From an uncultured bacterium (GTDB taxonomy: Bacteria; Zixibacteria; MSB-5A5; CAIYYT01), in NCBI GenBank assembly GCA_903930455.1, contig CAIYYT010000235.1, forward strand, positions 771 through 64,770: a stretch of 64,000 bases of DNA, read 5' to 3'. The notes below the pieces were generated by a model. It was given only the letters and a program-made list of their open reading frames with translations. It did no database searches and was not told where the DNA came from. The translations under genes were made by a program, and so were the position numbers. Below, in pieces: positions 46,880 to 56,336 of the stretch. Each line of letters opens with the position of its first letter. Position 1 is the first letter of the stretch.

Positions 46880-48097
46880 TCAGGCGCTGACTTCTGCTGT
46901 GCTTGCTGGAATGCACACGAACCGTGAAGCAAGCAACGCCGCGCAACAGACAATTATCCCTGCGCCGACATAGACGGCCCGAATCCCAACGATGTCCGCA
47001 AGAATTCCGCCTGCGCCCATGGACAGAAGCTGGCTGAGTTGCCCGAGCACGCCCATCGTCGCGAACGTTCGACCCATGACGGCTTCATGTACATGTTTCT
47101 GAAGCACGGTATCGATAGTAATTGAGAGGAGCGTTTGAGAGACGCCGACAATCGCGAAAAGAACCAGGGCAATCCATGCATACGAACAAAGGGAGATGAG
47201 AAGCAGAGACAAACCTAACGCTATGTATGCAGATCGCAAGACGGCTTCCTCGCTGAGCCTGCCGCGAAACCAGGTGACAAAAGCACCAACGAAGCTGCCT
47301 ACGGCGGTTGCGGAGATGATCATGCCGTACAAAGCGTCACTGCCATTGAGCAATTCCTTCACGAATATGACGGCCAGTACAACGATAGCGCCCGCGCCAA
47401 GCTGCATACCCGCGTCAGTAACTAGCACCCATTTCACGAGGCTGTTGCTCCGTATCTGTCTAAATCCCTCAATTGCATCGAGCCAAGGAGCCTTCATGCT
47501 CTTCCACTCGCGTCTCTCGTGCTGAGTCTGCGGGATTGGAATCGATAAGATGACAACGGCCGAAATGAAATAGGTCACGGTGTTGAAAACGCAGACGAAA
47601 GTGAATCCGAACTGAGCATACATGATCCCCGCCAAGCCCGGACCGACAATTCTCACTAGCTGACTGCTCATTTCTCTTAGTGAATTCGCCTCCAATAAGG
47701 CTTTCTTCCCAAGAATCATGGGCAGCGACGCTGAGTAAGCAGGGCTGAAAAAAAGCCCCACCAGAGTAGAAGCAAATACGATCACGTAGAAAGCGGGAAT
47801 ACTGGGAGTAAACGCCATGATCAGGAAAAGCAATGCTCGAACAACGTCAGAGATCACCATTACCCATTTACGGCTATATCGGTCTACGATTACTCCCGCA
47901 AAAACGCCAATGACTACGGAAGGAATGGCCATGGCGATCTCGAGGAATCCGACTGCTGCTCCAGAGCGTGTTTTGTCGTAGACATACAGGCTGAGCGCAA
48001 TCAGGTTGATCAGCGTGCCGAGTTGTGACTGAGTCAATCCGATCCACAGTCTCAAGAACTGTCTGTTGGATACCAACAGGCCTATTCGCTCACGCAT
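46880..48097 (-). CDS. MFS transporter (probable exporter of the RiPP product)
   Basis: 12 predicted TM segments and an MFS motif-like DRYSRKW between TM2 and TM3. Confidence 0.75.
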   Translation of the reverse strand: MRERIGLLVSNRQFLRLWIGLTQSQLGTLINLIALSLYVYDKTRSGAAVGFLEIAMAIPSVVIGVFAGVIVDRYSRKWVMVISDVVRALLFLIMAFTPSIPAFYVIVFASTLVGLFFSPAYSASLPMILGKKALLEANSLREMSSQLVRIVGPGLAGIMYAQFGFTFVCVFNTVTYFISAVVILSIPIPQTQHERREWKSMKAPWLDAIEGFRQIRSNSLVKWVLVTDAGMQLGAGAIVVLAVIFVKELLNGSDALYGMIISATAVGSFVGAFVTWFRGRLSEEAVLRSAYIALGLSLLLISLCSYAWIALVLFAIVGVSQTLLSITIDTVLQKHVHEAVMGRTFATMGVLGQLSQLLSMGAGGILADIVGIRAVYVGAGIIVCCAALLASRFVCIPASTAEVSA

Positions 48098-48105
48098 TCC
48101 GTCAC

Positions 48106-48462
48106 CTAGACCGTGTCTTCGTCCGCAGCAGAATACTCGCCAGAACCATCGTCTGCAAGTATCCTGATGATTCCGGCAACGCGCAGTTGACTAACGAATT
48201 CTCTGGTATCCTGCTCAAGCGCAGCTCGTGTTTGTTGCTGACCAAACAGGTCCTCCATCCTTTTGAGCAGGTCACTGAGGGAAACGGCGGTACGTGATCC
48301 GACGCCTGCTATGGACTTCCAGATTTCGATTCCCGCGGCGGACTTGATTGCCGCTTCCTTGCTCTCGCCTCGCCTGTTGAAGATCTTGATCGCGCCCAGC
48401 TTGTCCTGTGACCAGCGTATATGGCGTTCAACTTGCATCAACACTGTACGCACTCCTTGCAT
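48106..48462 (-). CDS. PqqD-family protein (RiPP recognition element)
   Basis: A ~100-aa protein with a PqqD-like pattern (IWKSIAGVGSRTAVSLSDLLKRMEDLF...EFVSQL). It overlaps the radical SAM gene by 25 nt. Confidence 0.6.
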   Translation of the reverse strand: MQGVRTVLMQVERHIRWSQDKLGAIKIFNRRGESKEAAIKSAAGIEIWKSIAGVGSRTAVSLSDLLKRMEDLFGQQQTRAALEQDTREFVSQLRVAGIIRILADDGSGEYSAADEDTV

Positions 48463-49568
48463 TCAAACGGACCATGGCCGTTTCGTTTCCCCTCTGCGAT
48501 GTACTGGTCGAACTGCCTGCATTCAGTGTTCACGCCCTCGCCATATCTAGCTACGTCCAATGGACACGGCTCGCAAGTCTCAAACAGCGGACAGTCCTTG
48601 CAGTAAGGTAGATGCTCATACAGGGCACCATAGTGTGCGAATGTATAGAACGATTTCAAGTACTCGGAGTCAACTATTTCCTCAAACGTGTGCCTGGCCA
48701 CACTAAGTTCTTGATGCTGAACGGCACCGTGAAGAATGTCGAGCGGAAAGTCAGAGCAGTAGTTACAGGGAGACACCAGGCCATCTGCGCGAATGTACAT
48801 CGTCTCGGAGCCCGCGGGGCAGTACCGATCCACCTGCAGTTTGAGTCCATATTTCTCGTTCAAGAGGTGTCGTATCCGGGGAGAACCAAAGTTGAGAACC
48901 GAGATGTCGATTGCTCGTTCCTGTGCCATTAGCCGGGCAATCTGATGGAGGCAGTCCCATGTCTGCTCGCGACTCGGAAGGAATGCCCTCGCCTCTTCAT
49001 GCAGCGCCTTCAACGCATCGAAGCTAACGAAATCAAGGCTCTGCGACTTGGCCAGTGTGACAATAGGGGTGATCTCCGCAATGTTTGCTTGATTGATGGT
49101 GCACTGAATGCCAATCTGGGACGTGCAGCCCTTCTCGTGGAAGTACTTTGAGAGCCTTCCGAGGCAGCCGACGGACTTTTCGAAGGAACCCTTTCCTCTG
49201 AGGCAGTCGTTGGATGCTGGCGTCGCGCCATCAATGCTGAAGGCAATCTGACTGGGAGCGATCTCCGCCAGGTCTACGATTGTCTCGTCGTCGAGCAGAA
49301 TTCCGTTTGTTGCCACATTGCAGCAAATTCCTGTGCCCTGGGCGTATCTCAGAATCTCAAGCATGTCTTGACGGGCGAACGGTTCTCCACCTAGAAACTG
49401 GATGTGCTCGACTTCGTCTCTCGGGAGTGTTTGGAGGAATGCGAGTATGTCTGACGTTGACAAGTCGCCAGTTTTCGCGGCCACTCCGGCGGCATCATAG
49501 AGTCGAAAGTTATAACAATGTTTGCACGACAGATTGCACTTGCTCGTTATATCCCAAGCAATGATCAT
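48438..49568 (-). CDS. Radical SAM/SPASM-domain peptide maturase
   Basis: N-terminal CNLSCKHCY (CxxxCxxC). C-terminal Cys-rich SPASM-like region CPAGSETMYIRADGLVSPCNYC...YCKDCPLFETCEPCPLD. Confidence 0.8.
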   Translation of the reverse strand: MIIAWDITSKCNLSCKHCYNFRLYDAAGVAAKTGDLSTSDILAFLQTLPRDEVEHIQFLGGEPFARQDMLEILRYAQGTGICCNVATNGILLDDETIVDLAEIAPSQIAFSIDGATPASNDCLRGKGSFEKSVGCLGRLSKYFHEKGCTSQIGIQCTINQANIAEITPIVTLAKSQSLDFVSFDALKALHEEARAFLPSREQTWDCLHQIARLMAQERAIDISVLNFGSPRIRHLLNEKYGLKLQVDRYCPAGSETMYIRADGLVSPCNYCSDFPLDILHGAVQHQELSVARHTFEEIVDSEYLKSFYTFAHYGALYEHLPYCKDCPLFETCEPCPLDVARYGEGVNTECRQFDQYIAEGKRNGHGPFECKECVQC

Positions 49569-49593
49569 TAGTCTCCCTTCAATTGCGGCCTCA

Positions 49594-49621
49594 GACTAAC
49601 CGGGGATGCGCAAGAGAGCAT
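49594..49621 (-). promoter_or_regulatory. Intergenic stem-loop between precursor and maturase genes (attenuator/processing hairpin)
   Basis: Perfect 10-bp stem CCGGGGATGC/GCATCCCCGG with an 8-nt loop and no U-tract. The position is typical for precursor:enzyme stoichiometry control in RiPP operons. Confidence 0.45.
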
Positions 49622-49673
49622 CCCCGGCTGCACTCAGTGTTCGTATCGTTGGAAGCCCAGAGAGCTCTCCACC

Positions 49674-49775
49674 TCGGTGTTAGTTTGCCTGGCCCGCGCA
49701 GTTGAGACACACCACATTACCCCTCCGGGCCTTTGGTCGTGCGTCCTTTGGCACCAACAGTTCTGGTTTCTCGTA
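49674..49775 (-). CDS. RiPP precursor peptide, 33 aa (MMYEKPELLVPKDARPKARRGNVVCLNCAGQAN)
   Basis: This small ORF is below the ORF-track cutoff. A consensus RBS AAAGGAGGTG sits 9 nt upstream of ATG. The C-terminal core CLNCAG carries two Cys. It lies immediately upstream of the rSAM/SPASM, PqqD and MFS genes. Confidence 0.65.
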
Positions 49776-49924
49776 CATCATTTCTTTTTCACCTCCTTTC
49801 GTGACCGTTATGGTTCTTGTGGTGCACCACAGAACCATGGATTGTGTCTATCATTTCATCCGGATTCAAGCTGCTCCTTAGCTCATCAAAGAAGCTTCAA
49901 ACGTCGACTAACTACCGATCACAC

Positions 49925-49939
49925 TCCGTAGCGAACTCC
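49925..49939 (-). promoter_or_regulatory. Sigma54-type (-24/-12) promoter candidate upstream of the precursor peptide
   Basis: The minus strand reads TGGCACGGAGTTCGC against consensus TGGCACG-N4-TTGC, with one mismatch in the -12 element and the GC retained. It lies ~150 nt upstream of the precursor ATG and downstream of the sigma54 activator gene. Confidence 0.5.
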
Positions 49940-49940
49940 G

Positions 49941-49959
49941 TGCCAAGACAAAATTACAT
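49941..49959. promoter_or_regulatory. Perfect palindrome GACAAAAT-tac-ATTTTGTC (overlapping TGTCGACA) next to the sigma54 promoter
   Basis: Seen directly: 8-bp inverted repeat with a 3-bp spacer. Candidate regulator or IHF-type site. Confidence 0.4.
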
Positions 49960-50171
49960 TTTGTCGACACATGCTAAGTCAAAGGTTAGCAATAGAATTG
50001 GGTGATTTGCCAGTTACGGAAATTGAATCGGCGGTCCGACAAAAGCGTGATTTCCGCAGATTGCTCCGTTAGTGTCAGTGAACCAGCGGGTAAAGCTATG
50101 AGGGATAGAACGATAGTTCCGTGAACAAAACCGTTAGCGGCTGCTCGGAGTGTGAAGGCATCAAGCCAGAA

Positions 50172-52343
50172 TCACTTGCTGATTCCGTGCTTTTGTAACC
50201 AATCCCGGAAAGTCGACAATGGCACGCCCAAGTCCCGCGCTGCGCGAGTCTGGTTGTCGTTGTTGCGCTTCAGAGCCGCCAGCATCCGATCCTTTCTGGA
50301 TAGTCCAGGTTGCTCTGCTATCAAAGTCCCAAGAGCGGCAAGAAAGCCGTGGAAGTCCTTCGGTGGAGATAGGGCTGCGGCCAGAGACACTAAGTTCTCG
50401 ATTTCCCTTACATTCCCTGGCCAATGATAGCCGTGCAACTCGCCAAGTAGTTCGGCCAGGTCGTTCCCGTCTATCGACTCAGGTGCAAGCCCTTCGTCGG
50501 CAAGAAATTGTTCCACGAGCGGCACCAGATCCTCGGGCCGTTCACGAAGCGGCGGCAGATGATGATGCACCTTGCTGAACCGATGCCAGAGGTCCACTCT
50601 GAACGAACCGTCCCTAATCATGTCGTCGATATTACGGTTGGTTAGCGCAAGAAAGCGGATGTCGATTGAACGCTCGCGTTTTTCTCCCAATGGCAGAATT
50701 CTCTTCTTGTCTACGACTCGAAGAAGCTTGGCCTGGATGATCGGCGGAATCTCACCGATTTCGTCAAAGCAGAACGTGCCGCCGTCTGCTTCTTCTATCA
50801 TTCCCGTTTGGTCCGCAGTCGCACCAGAGTGAACACCTTTGCGGCAGCCAAAGAGCAACGACTCCACCAGAGTCTCAGGGAGATTGGCGCAATTGACAAT
50901 ACGGAAAGGCTTGTCGCGCCTGGGAGAAATGTCATGCATGTGCCGCGCCAGGAGTTCCTTGCCGGTACCGGTCTCGCCCGTGATCATCACATTCTGTTCA
51001 CCGTTCCGGAGTCGATAGGCCAATTCGAGAAGCTTCAACATCTTATTGTTCTTGGTTACGATGAGGGGAACTGTCTCGCGGAATTCTTCACTGCGATGCT
51101 TTCGATGCCCTGATTTTGAAATCGCGACCTTGGCAACCGCCTTCTCCACCTGTGCCACTCGCTTGGGAACATCCAACTCGGTAAACAGTGTCTTGGCCTG
51201 GTGGAGACGCTCTTTCTTTGTCTCGGCGTCAAGACAGCCCGCTTCCCCTGCCGCCAGATAAGTCACCGCCAGTTCATATCGCGCGCCATGGCGGGTAAGA
51301 ATCTCCACCGACTTGCCGAAGTGTTCGCTGGCCAACTGAGCGTCGTCGCGTTTGTCTGAGAGCAGAGCCAGAGCGCGGTGCAAAGCACCCAACTCAACCA
51401 ATTCCTTCGTCTTGGTGATGGCTGCTTCGGCTTTGACCGCTGTTTCCATCGCCTTGGAGAAATCGCCCTCGGCGATATAGACATCAGTCAGCATTCGCAG
51501 GGTTTGTGCCATCGCCGAAGCGGTCGGTTCCGGCATCGCAAAGACTTGCTTGTAGTATTCCTTGGCTTTGCTGTGGTTCCCATGGAAATACTCGTTTAGT
51601 CCGAGGTACTCGAGACAGACAGCGTTGTCGCGCGACTGGCCAACATCCAGGAAATATCGTTGCGAATCCAAGAGGAGCTCGTGGGCCCGTTGGTAGTTCA
51701 GGCGGTAAAGATCCAGCATCCCTCGGAAAAGATTAACATATGCCTTATCAGCTGCGCCCAAGTCTTCTGAATCAAAACCGTCAAGAGCTGCTTGGATTCT
51801 ACCAAAATCACCGAGCAAAAATGAGACTCGGCACAGGTTGAATTCACAAGTCCTCATTTGGGTCAGCATATTATGATCTTTGCAGAACTGAAGGGCTTCT
51901 TCGAGTACGTCAAGCGATTGATGGAGATTGCCGCCCAGGAAGTGAAGTCCGGCGAGATTCATTAGCGCTGTAGCTGCTGACCGGTGATCGTCGACTCTCT
52001 TGAAAAAAACATACGATTCTACGTACGCTTCACGGGCTTCTGATGCTCTCCCCTGTTGCTGGTAGATGCGTCCGAAGTACAGTTTTATCGATGCGAAAAG
52101 TGAGTGATCGGCTGAACTCTTGGCGACTGGGGATACCTGTTCCAAGGTCTCAAGGGTCGACTGATACTGACCAGTGTGGTACTGGCACTGGGCTCGCATG
52201 AACTTGAGACGCAGGATATCAGCATCAGGTCTGTCACTCTTCTCAAGTTGGGTGAGGTCTAGAAGCGACAGAGCTTCTTGATACCGTTTTTCGGAGACCA
52301 AGTACTTTACTTGCTGTATCTCGGCTTCAAGCACCGAACTCAT
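50172..52343 (-). CDS. Sigma54-dependent transcriptional activator with N-terminal TPR repeats (bEBP, AAA+ and Fis-type HTH)
   Basis: TPR-like repeats fill the N-terminal half. The AAA+ region reads VMITGETGTGKELLARHMH with a GAFTGA-like GVHSGA loop. The C-terminus is an HTH (RAARDLGVPLSTFRDWLQKHGI). Start assigned to ATG 52343 (AAGAGGGG RBS). The ORF is open to 52490. Confidence 0.75.
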   Translation of the reverse strand: MSSVLEAEIQQVKYLVSEKRYQEALSLLDLTQLEKSDRPDADILRLKFMRAQCQYHTGQYQSTLETLEQVSPVAKSSADHSLFASIKLYFGRIYQQQGRASEAREAYVESYVFFKRVDDHRSAATALMNLAGLHFLGGNLHQSLDVLEEALQFCKDHNMLTQMRTCEFNLCRVSFLLGDFGRIQAALDGFDSEDLGAADKAYVNLFRGMLDLYRLNYQRAHELLLDSQRYFLDVGQSRDNAVCLEYLGLNEYFHGNHSKAKEYYKQVFAMPEPTASAMAQTLRMLTDVYIAEGDFSKAMETAVKAEAAITKTKELVELGALHRALALLSDKRDDAQLASEHFGKSVEILTRHGARYELAVTYLAAGEAGCLDAETKKERLHQAKTLFTELDVPKRVAQVEKAVAKVAISKSGHRKHRSEEFRETVPLIVTKNNKMLKLLELAYRLRNGEQNVMITGETGTGKELLARHMHDISPRRDKPFRIVNCANLPETLVESLLFGCRKGVHSGATADQTGMIEEADGGTFCFDEIGEIPPIIQAKLLRVVDKKRILPLGEKRERSIDIRFLALTNRNIDDMIRDGSFRVDLWHRFSKVHHHLPPLRERPEDLVPLVEQFLADEGLAPESIDGNDLAELLGELHGYHWPGNVREIENLVSLAAALSPPKDFHGFLAALGTLIAEQPGLSRKDRMLAALKRNNDNQTRAARDLGVPLSTFRDWLQKHGISK

Positions 52344-52359
52344 TTCGTGCCCCTCTTGG

Positions 52360-52707
52360 TCAAATGGCGTCCTCGTTCCAGCCATGGTCTCTGGCAATAT
52401 CTGTCCAGGGCTTGTGCGGATCGGTGCCGCTTTTCTGAGGCTCGTCTGGAATCGGCGGCTTGCCTTCCACGATTGTGAAAGGTAGACCAAACCAACTGCG
52501 GAAGCAGTACTTCAGGATGGAAATAATCGTCTTCCCAGTCGGAGCCGGCATACTCGTCTCTGGCGATGCAAGTGTCGGCTTGACCTGGCTGATTGCGTGC
52601 GCACATTCCTTGGGTGAGTGCACCTTGCCGTCCGCCAACAAGGGCGTGCAAAGGACCAACATCCCGATGAGGACCAACGGGATAAAACAATGGACCATCT
52701 TTCTCAT
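52360..52707 (-). CDS. Small secreted protein, hypothetical
   Basis: Signal peptide MRKMVHCFIPLVLIGMLVLCTPLLADG. ~115 aa. Confidence 0.4.
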   Translation of the reverse strand: MRKMVHCFIPLVLIGMLVLCTPLLADGKVHSPKECAHAISQVKPTLASPETSMPAPTGKTIISILKYCFRSWFGLPFTIVEGKPPIPDEPQKSGTDPHKPWTDIARDHGWNEDAI

Positions 52708-53330
52708 TGAATTTCTACTCACTCTCCTGAATTGAGGGCACACCAAAATACACCAATGCAGCAACTGCGCCAAAAGTGCTACAGCCTCCCCAGACTAACA
52801 GCGCCGATCCAAATGTCCGAGCTAGCACGATGCCCTCCGGCCATTACTTGGTTCCTGCCCCGTCATATGTACACCCAATGCTAGCAACTAAATGTCTCCT
52901 TTCGTGTTGTCAAGCTTTTTCTGGGCTATTTTCAAGGAATTTGCCGAATATGCGTGACAGAGGCCCGGCGATTTTAGGCTCAATCTGGGCGGCACCTGGC
53001 CTAGATTCCCAGTTGTGCTGTCGGGTTGAATCGACTGCGGACGGCATGACTCTTTTCGCTCGACACAAAGGCGAATCGCTATGCAATCGACAGGGACGAA
53101 TGCTGAGGGATTATGCGCAACAACAGCGGGCTTTCTTGATATGGATTAGCTGCTATGAATTGAATTTTTGTTGCATCTAGAGCAATAGAGTGCTTTATTG
53201 CGTCCGTCAGAGTGCTGGAGCTGAAGAAGTGTGTGACCTTCGGATTTTGCTTCTGGTAGGGAAAAGCAAGGAAGCTAAGTTATTGGTAGACAAGCGAATT
53301 GTAAATAGAGATTTGAAAAATCGACCTTGA

Positions 53331-53374
53331 GGCTCATAACCCGAAGGTCGCAGGTTCAAATCCTGCCCCCGCTA
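53331..53374. repeat. Direct repeat (attR core): displaced 3' half of tRNA-fMet, followed by CCA
   Basis: 44 bp identical to 742-785. Here the repeat continues gctaCCA, matching a native tRNA 3' end. There is no 5' half upstream. Confidence 0.85.
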
Positions 53375-54534
53375 CCAAACCTAAGCCCTTGAAGAGCAAC
53401 ACCTTCAGGGGCTTCATTATAGACAGTGGAGTCTTGGTTGGCGGGTTCTTCTAACAATCTTCTAACAGAATTGCCGAAAACTGTTTGATCTAACCTCCGC
53501 GCCGCCTCTTTGTGCGTGCCGGGGAAGAGATGTCCGTAACGGTCCAGCGTCGTCTTGGCCGAACTATGGCCCAGCTGCGACTGCACGAACTTGATATCCT
53601 CTCCCTGCGCGATCAGAAGCGATGCGTAGGTATGCCTCAGGTCATGGAAGCGTATTCGTCGTATCCCAGCTCTGTCGAGTGTCGGCAGGAACTGCCGCTT
53701 GACGAGATTATCAGGGTCGAGTGGACCACCATTCACATCGCAGAAAACCAGATCTAACTCAGTGGATTTACTAACAGTGCGGTGATACATGAGAGTCCGA
53801 CTCAACAGCGGCGACAGCATGATCCGTCGGATCGAATACGCCGATTTCGGTGTCTGAAAAGTACCTCGATACAGCGATCGCCGCACACTGATCTGGGACG
53901 AATTCCAGTCGATATCGCCCCACTTCAACGCCATCAACTCGCCGCGGCGCATTCCTGTCAATACGGCGGTCATGAACAGTGGCTGATAGCGCGAATCCGC
54001 ATGCTCCAGGAACAGGCAGACTTCTTCGGGTAAAAGAAAGTCCATCTCTTCCATCTCAACACGCGGGCGTTTCACGTACGTTGCCGGATTGCTGCGCAGA
54101 TACCTCCATTCAACTGCGTGTTCCAGCATTTCCTTCAGCGGGACCAATATGTTCACTACCGACTTCGGACTGAGGCCGTCAATCCTGATCTTTCTCGCAA
54201 GTAGGCGCTGGATGTCGGAACCGGAAATCTGATGCAGCCATAGCTTGCCCAGAGAAGGTAAGAGATGACGCCGCGTAATCGCTTCATAACTAACAAACGT
54301 TGACTGCTTGACACTCACTTTCGCATAGTCTTGCAGCCACATCTCAGCGAACTCCGCAAACGTCGCCTTCTTGAGCTCGGCAACAGCTTCCTCGTAGACT
54401 TCGGTAACCCGCCTGACGAGCAAGCGTTCAGCTCTTTTCTTGCTCGGTCCTGCGGATTCCCATCGTTGACGGCCGTTTACTCGATAAACGGCATACCAAC
54501 ATCCAGCGCGTTCAACAACGCTTCCTTTTGCCAT
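53356..54534 (-). CDS. Tyrosine integrase (phage type, with N-terminal arm-binding domain)
   Basis: AGGAGGTG RBS before ATG 54534. N-terminal GSVVERAGCWYAVYRVNGRQRWE is an AP2-like arm-binding domain. The catalytic region reads HDLRHTYASLLIAQGEDIKFVQSQLGHSSAKTTLDRYGHL. The last codons lie inside the 44-bp att repeat. Confidence 0.85.
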   Translation of the reverse strand: MAKGSVVERAGCWYAVYRVNGRQRWESAGPSKKRAERLLVRRVTEVYEEAVAELKKATFAEFAEMWLQDYAKVSVKQSTFVSYEAITRRHLLPSLGKLWLHQISGSDIQRLLARKIRIDGLSPKSVVNILVPLKEMLEHAVEWRYLRSNPATYVKRPRVEMEEMDFLLPEEVCLFLEHADSRYQPLFMTAVLTGMRRGELMALKWGDIDWNSSQISVRRSLYRGTFQTPKSAYSIRRIMLSPLLSRTLMYHRTVSKSTELDLVFCDVNGGPLDPDNLVKRQFLPTLDRAGIRRIRFHDLRHTYASLLIAQGEDIKFVQSQLGHSSAKTTLDRYGHLFPGTHKEAARRLDQTVFGNSVRRLLEEPANQDSTVYNEAPEGVALQGLRFGSGGRI

Positions 54535-54819
54535 TTGCTTTTCACCTCCTTTCAGTCTGGCATGGCTATAAGGTTTAAGGGCCTGGAGTTCATTGCAGTG
54601 CCTAGCGAAGTCACAGCGCAGCGATTGCAGCGAGACCGAGACCGAAGGTCGGTTGGCAACTAAAAACCGCGTTGCCAGATACGATACTGCAGAACGGCTG
54701 ACAAAATCTGGCCGGTGCGATGCGTTCGAAAAAGCACTCATTATGAAGCAACATACGGCAATTCTCCCGCGATTTCAAGTGCTGTTTGCCCTTTGGTGAT
54801 TCTGACTGCCGGCGCAGTA

Positions 54820-55008
54820 TCATTTGGCTCCTCCTTTGGACTTCGCCTTTAGATATTCGAGTACTTCCTTTTCAAGAAACCTCACGTACTTGCCAAATTT
54901 GTAGTGAGGAATCTGTTCGGTGCCGTTTTTCCGGGTGCGGTCATATATCCATGTCACTGGAACCCTCAGGCGTTTGGCCAACTCATTGATGTCGAGATAC
55001 GTGTCCAT
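54820..55008 (-). CDS. Excisionase/AlpA-family HTH DNA-binding protein
   Basis: YLDINELAKRLRVPVTWIYDRTRKNG...IPHYKFGKYVRF is an Xis/AlpA-like HTH_17 pattern. It is adjacent to the integrase. Confidence 0.65.
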   Translation of the reverse strand: MDTYLDINELAKRLRVPVTWIYDRTRKNGTEQIPHYKFGKYVRFLEKEVLEYLKAKSKGGAK

Positions 55009-55015
55009 CGTCTCT

Positions 55016-55630
55016 TCAATCTGCGTCTGTCTTGCGATGCCAGCATATAGTGATCGAGATAAAGTGACACCAGTTGTTGGTGACTTGGTGTTTTCCGAGT
55101 GGGGCTTTGACGAGGTTTCCAAGTTTGCCTGTTTCGATGTGGTCTTGTTTGGGGAAGATCTCGTGACTTGGGCTGATTTCCTGTCCCAGTGCTCTGACGA
55201 TTCGGTTTGGGTAGGGTTTGTCGAAGAATATCCAGATGTGGTAGCCTTTTTTTCCGGAGAATTCGGTCAGACATGGAATCCTCAACTGGCTGACGCGCTG
55301 TTGTACCTTGCGGAGTTCGGCTTCGTCCAAAGTGTCGATGTCGATGCAAAGCCACTTGGTGGTACTGTCTGGTGAGGAGTGAAGGCTGATGGTTTTGCTG
55401 CCTTGTGGGTGGTCTGCTTTGATGGCGTCGGTTATTGGTTCTCGGATGACGGTGTAGCCGCCGTTGCCAGCTATTTGTAGTGGGTAGCAGTCTTCGCGCT
55501 GGATGAAGCGTTGGCGAAATAGGTTGATGATATCTTGACTCGGTGTTGTTGTCATTTGTTCCATTTCCTCCCTACTGACTCTCAAGCGGATGGTTTGGTG
55601 CTTCGGTTTCAGATCGGAGCACTTAGCCAC
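55016..55630 (-). CDS. Primase-polymerase (Prim-Pol/AEP) domain protein
   Basis: WLCIDIDTLDEAE (DxD) and SGKKGYHIWIFF (sGxGyHhW motif). The N-terminal boundary is uncertain. Confidence 0.6.
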   Translation of the reverse strand: MAKCSDLKPKHQTIRLRVSREEMEQMTTTPSQDIINLFRQRFIQREDCYPLQIAGNGGYTVIREPITDAIKADHPQGSKTISLHSSPDSTTKWLCIDIDTLDEAELRKVQQRVSQLRIPCLTEFSGKKGYHIWIFFDKPYPNRIVRALGQEISPSHEIFPKQDHIETGKLGNLVKAPLGKHQVTNNWCHFISITICWHRKTDAD

Positions 55631-56138
55631 CTGCTTTGTTGTGTTTGCTTTTAGACTTGGCCGGCGCTCTGGAGTAGCGCTATCAAGTCTTGATATGTGT
55701 TGGTGAAGCGAGACGGGTTGGACTCGCGAATCACTTTAAGTAGTGAGTCCCCGAAAAGCTTTATCAAGTGGGTGACTATCTGCTTCTGCAGTGGCCAATC
55801 GGTGGGATTGATGAGATTGGTTGTGCGCCATTCGATCAGCCGGATGAGTGTTCAAGAGGTGGGCGTATCCCGAGTTGGGGGAAAGCTTCACTGAACAGTT
55901 TGCGTTGGAGCGAATCTGTCAGCTAAAGCTTCTGCCCCCTTGAGAGAATGGGTCTGGTTTCCGGTGACTCGGAGGTTTTCGATTATTGTGTGGCATTGTG
56001 GTAGATAGCGCGTTGGAGAGATTGTTGACACCGTTTTCCGGCTTTCCAAATGGGTAAACTGTGGGAAGATCACGAATAGCAGACTGTAAAGGCTTCTGCA
56101 GCCAAACACAGGAAAAAAAGACAAAGGAACTCGAGTTA

Positions 56139-56336
56139 CTACTGGTAAGCCTCCTCTAAATAAACTGGATAATCATCATAGCAGAAGTCTGGGTACCAGA
56201 TGTCGCGTCTTAGTTCCTCCTCAGGGGAGGTGTCTGGTTCGTACTCTAGTCGTATCTTGCGTCGTTGGAGTAGGCTGGCTACTTGTCGTTCTCCCTGGCT
56301 TCGATATTGCTGGTTGAGCTTGTTTTCGAGCGTCAT
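56139..56336 (-). CDS. Hypothetical small protein
   Basis: ORF. Its start overlaps the stop of the upstream gene by 4 nt. Confidence 0.35.
   Translation of the reverse strand: MTLENKLNQQYRSQGERQVASLLQRRKIRLEYEPDTSPEEELRRDIWYPDFCYDDYPVYLEEAYQ

Noticed and set aside
52340-52773. Alternative frames 52340-52690 and 52460-52735 overlapping the small secreted ORF
   Set aside because: Only the 52360-52707 frame has a signal peptide and a plausible RBS. The others are overlapping shadows.
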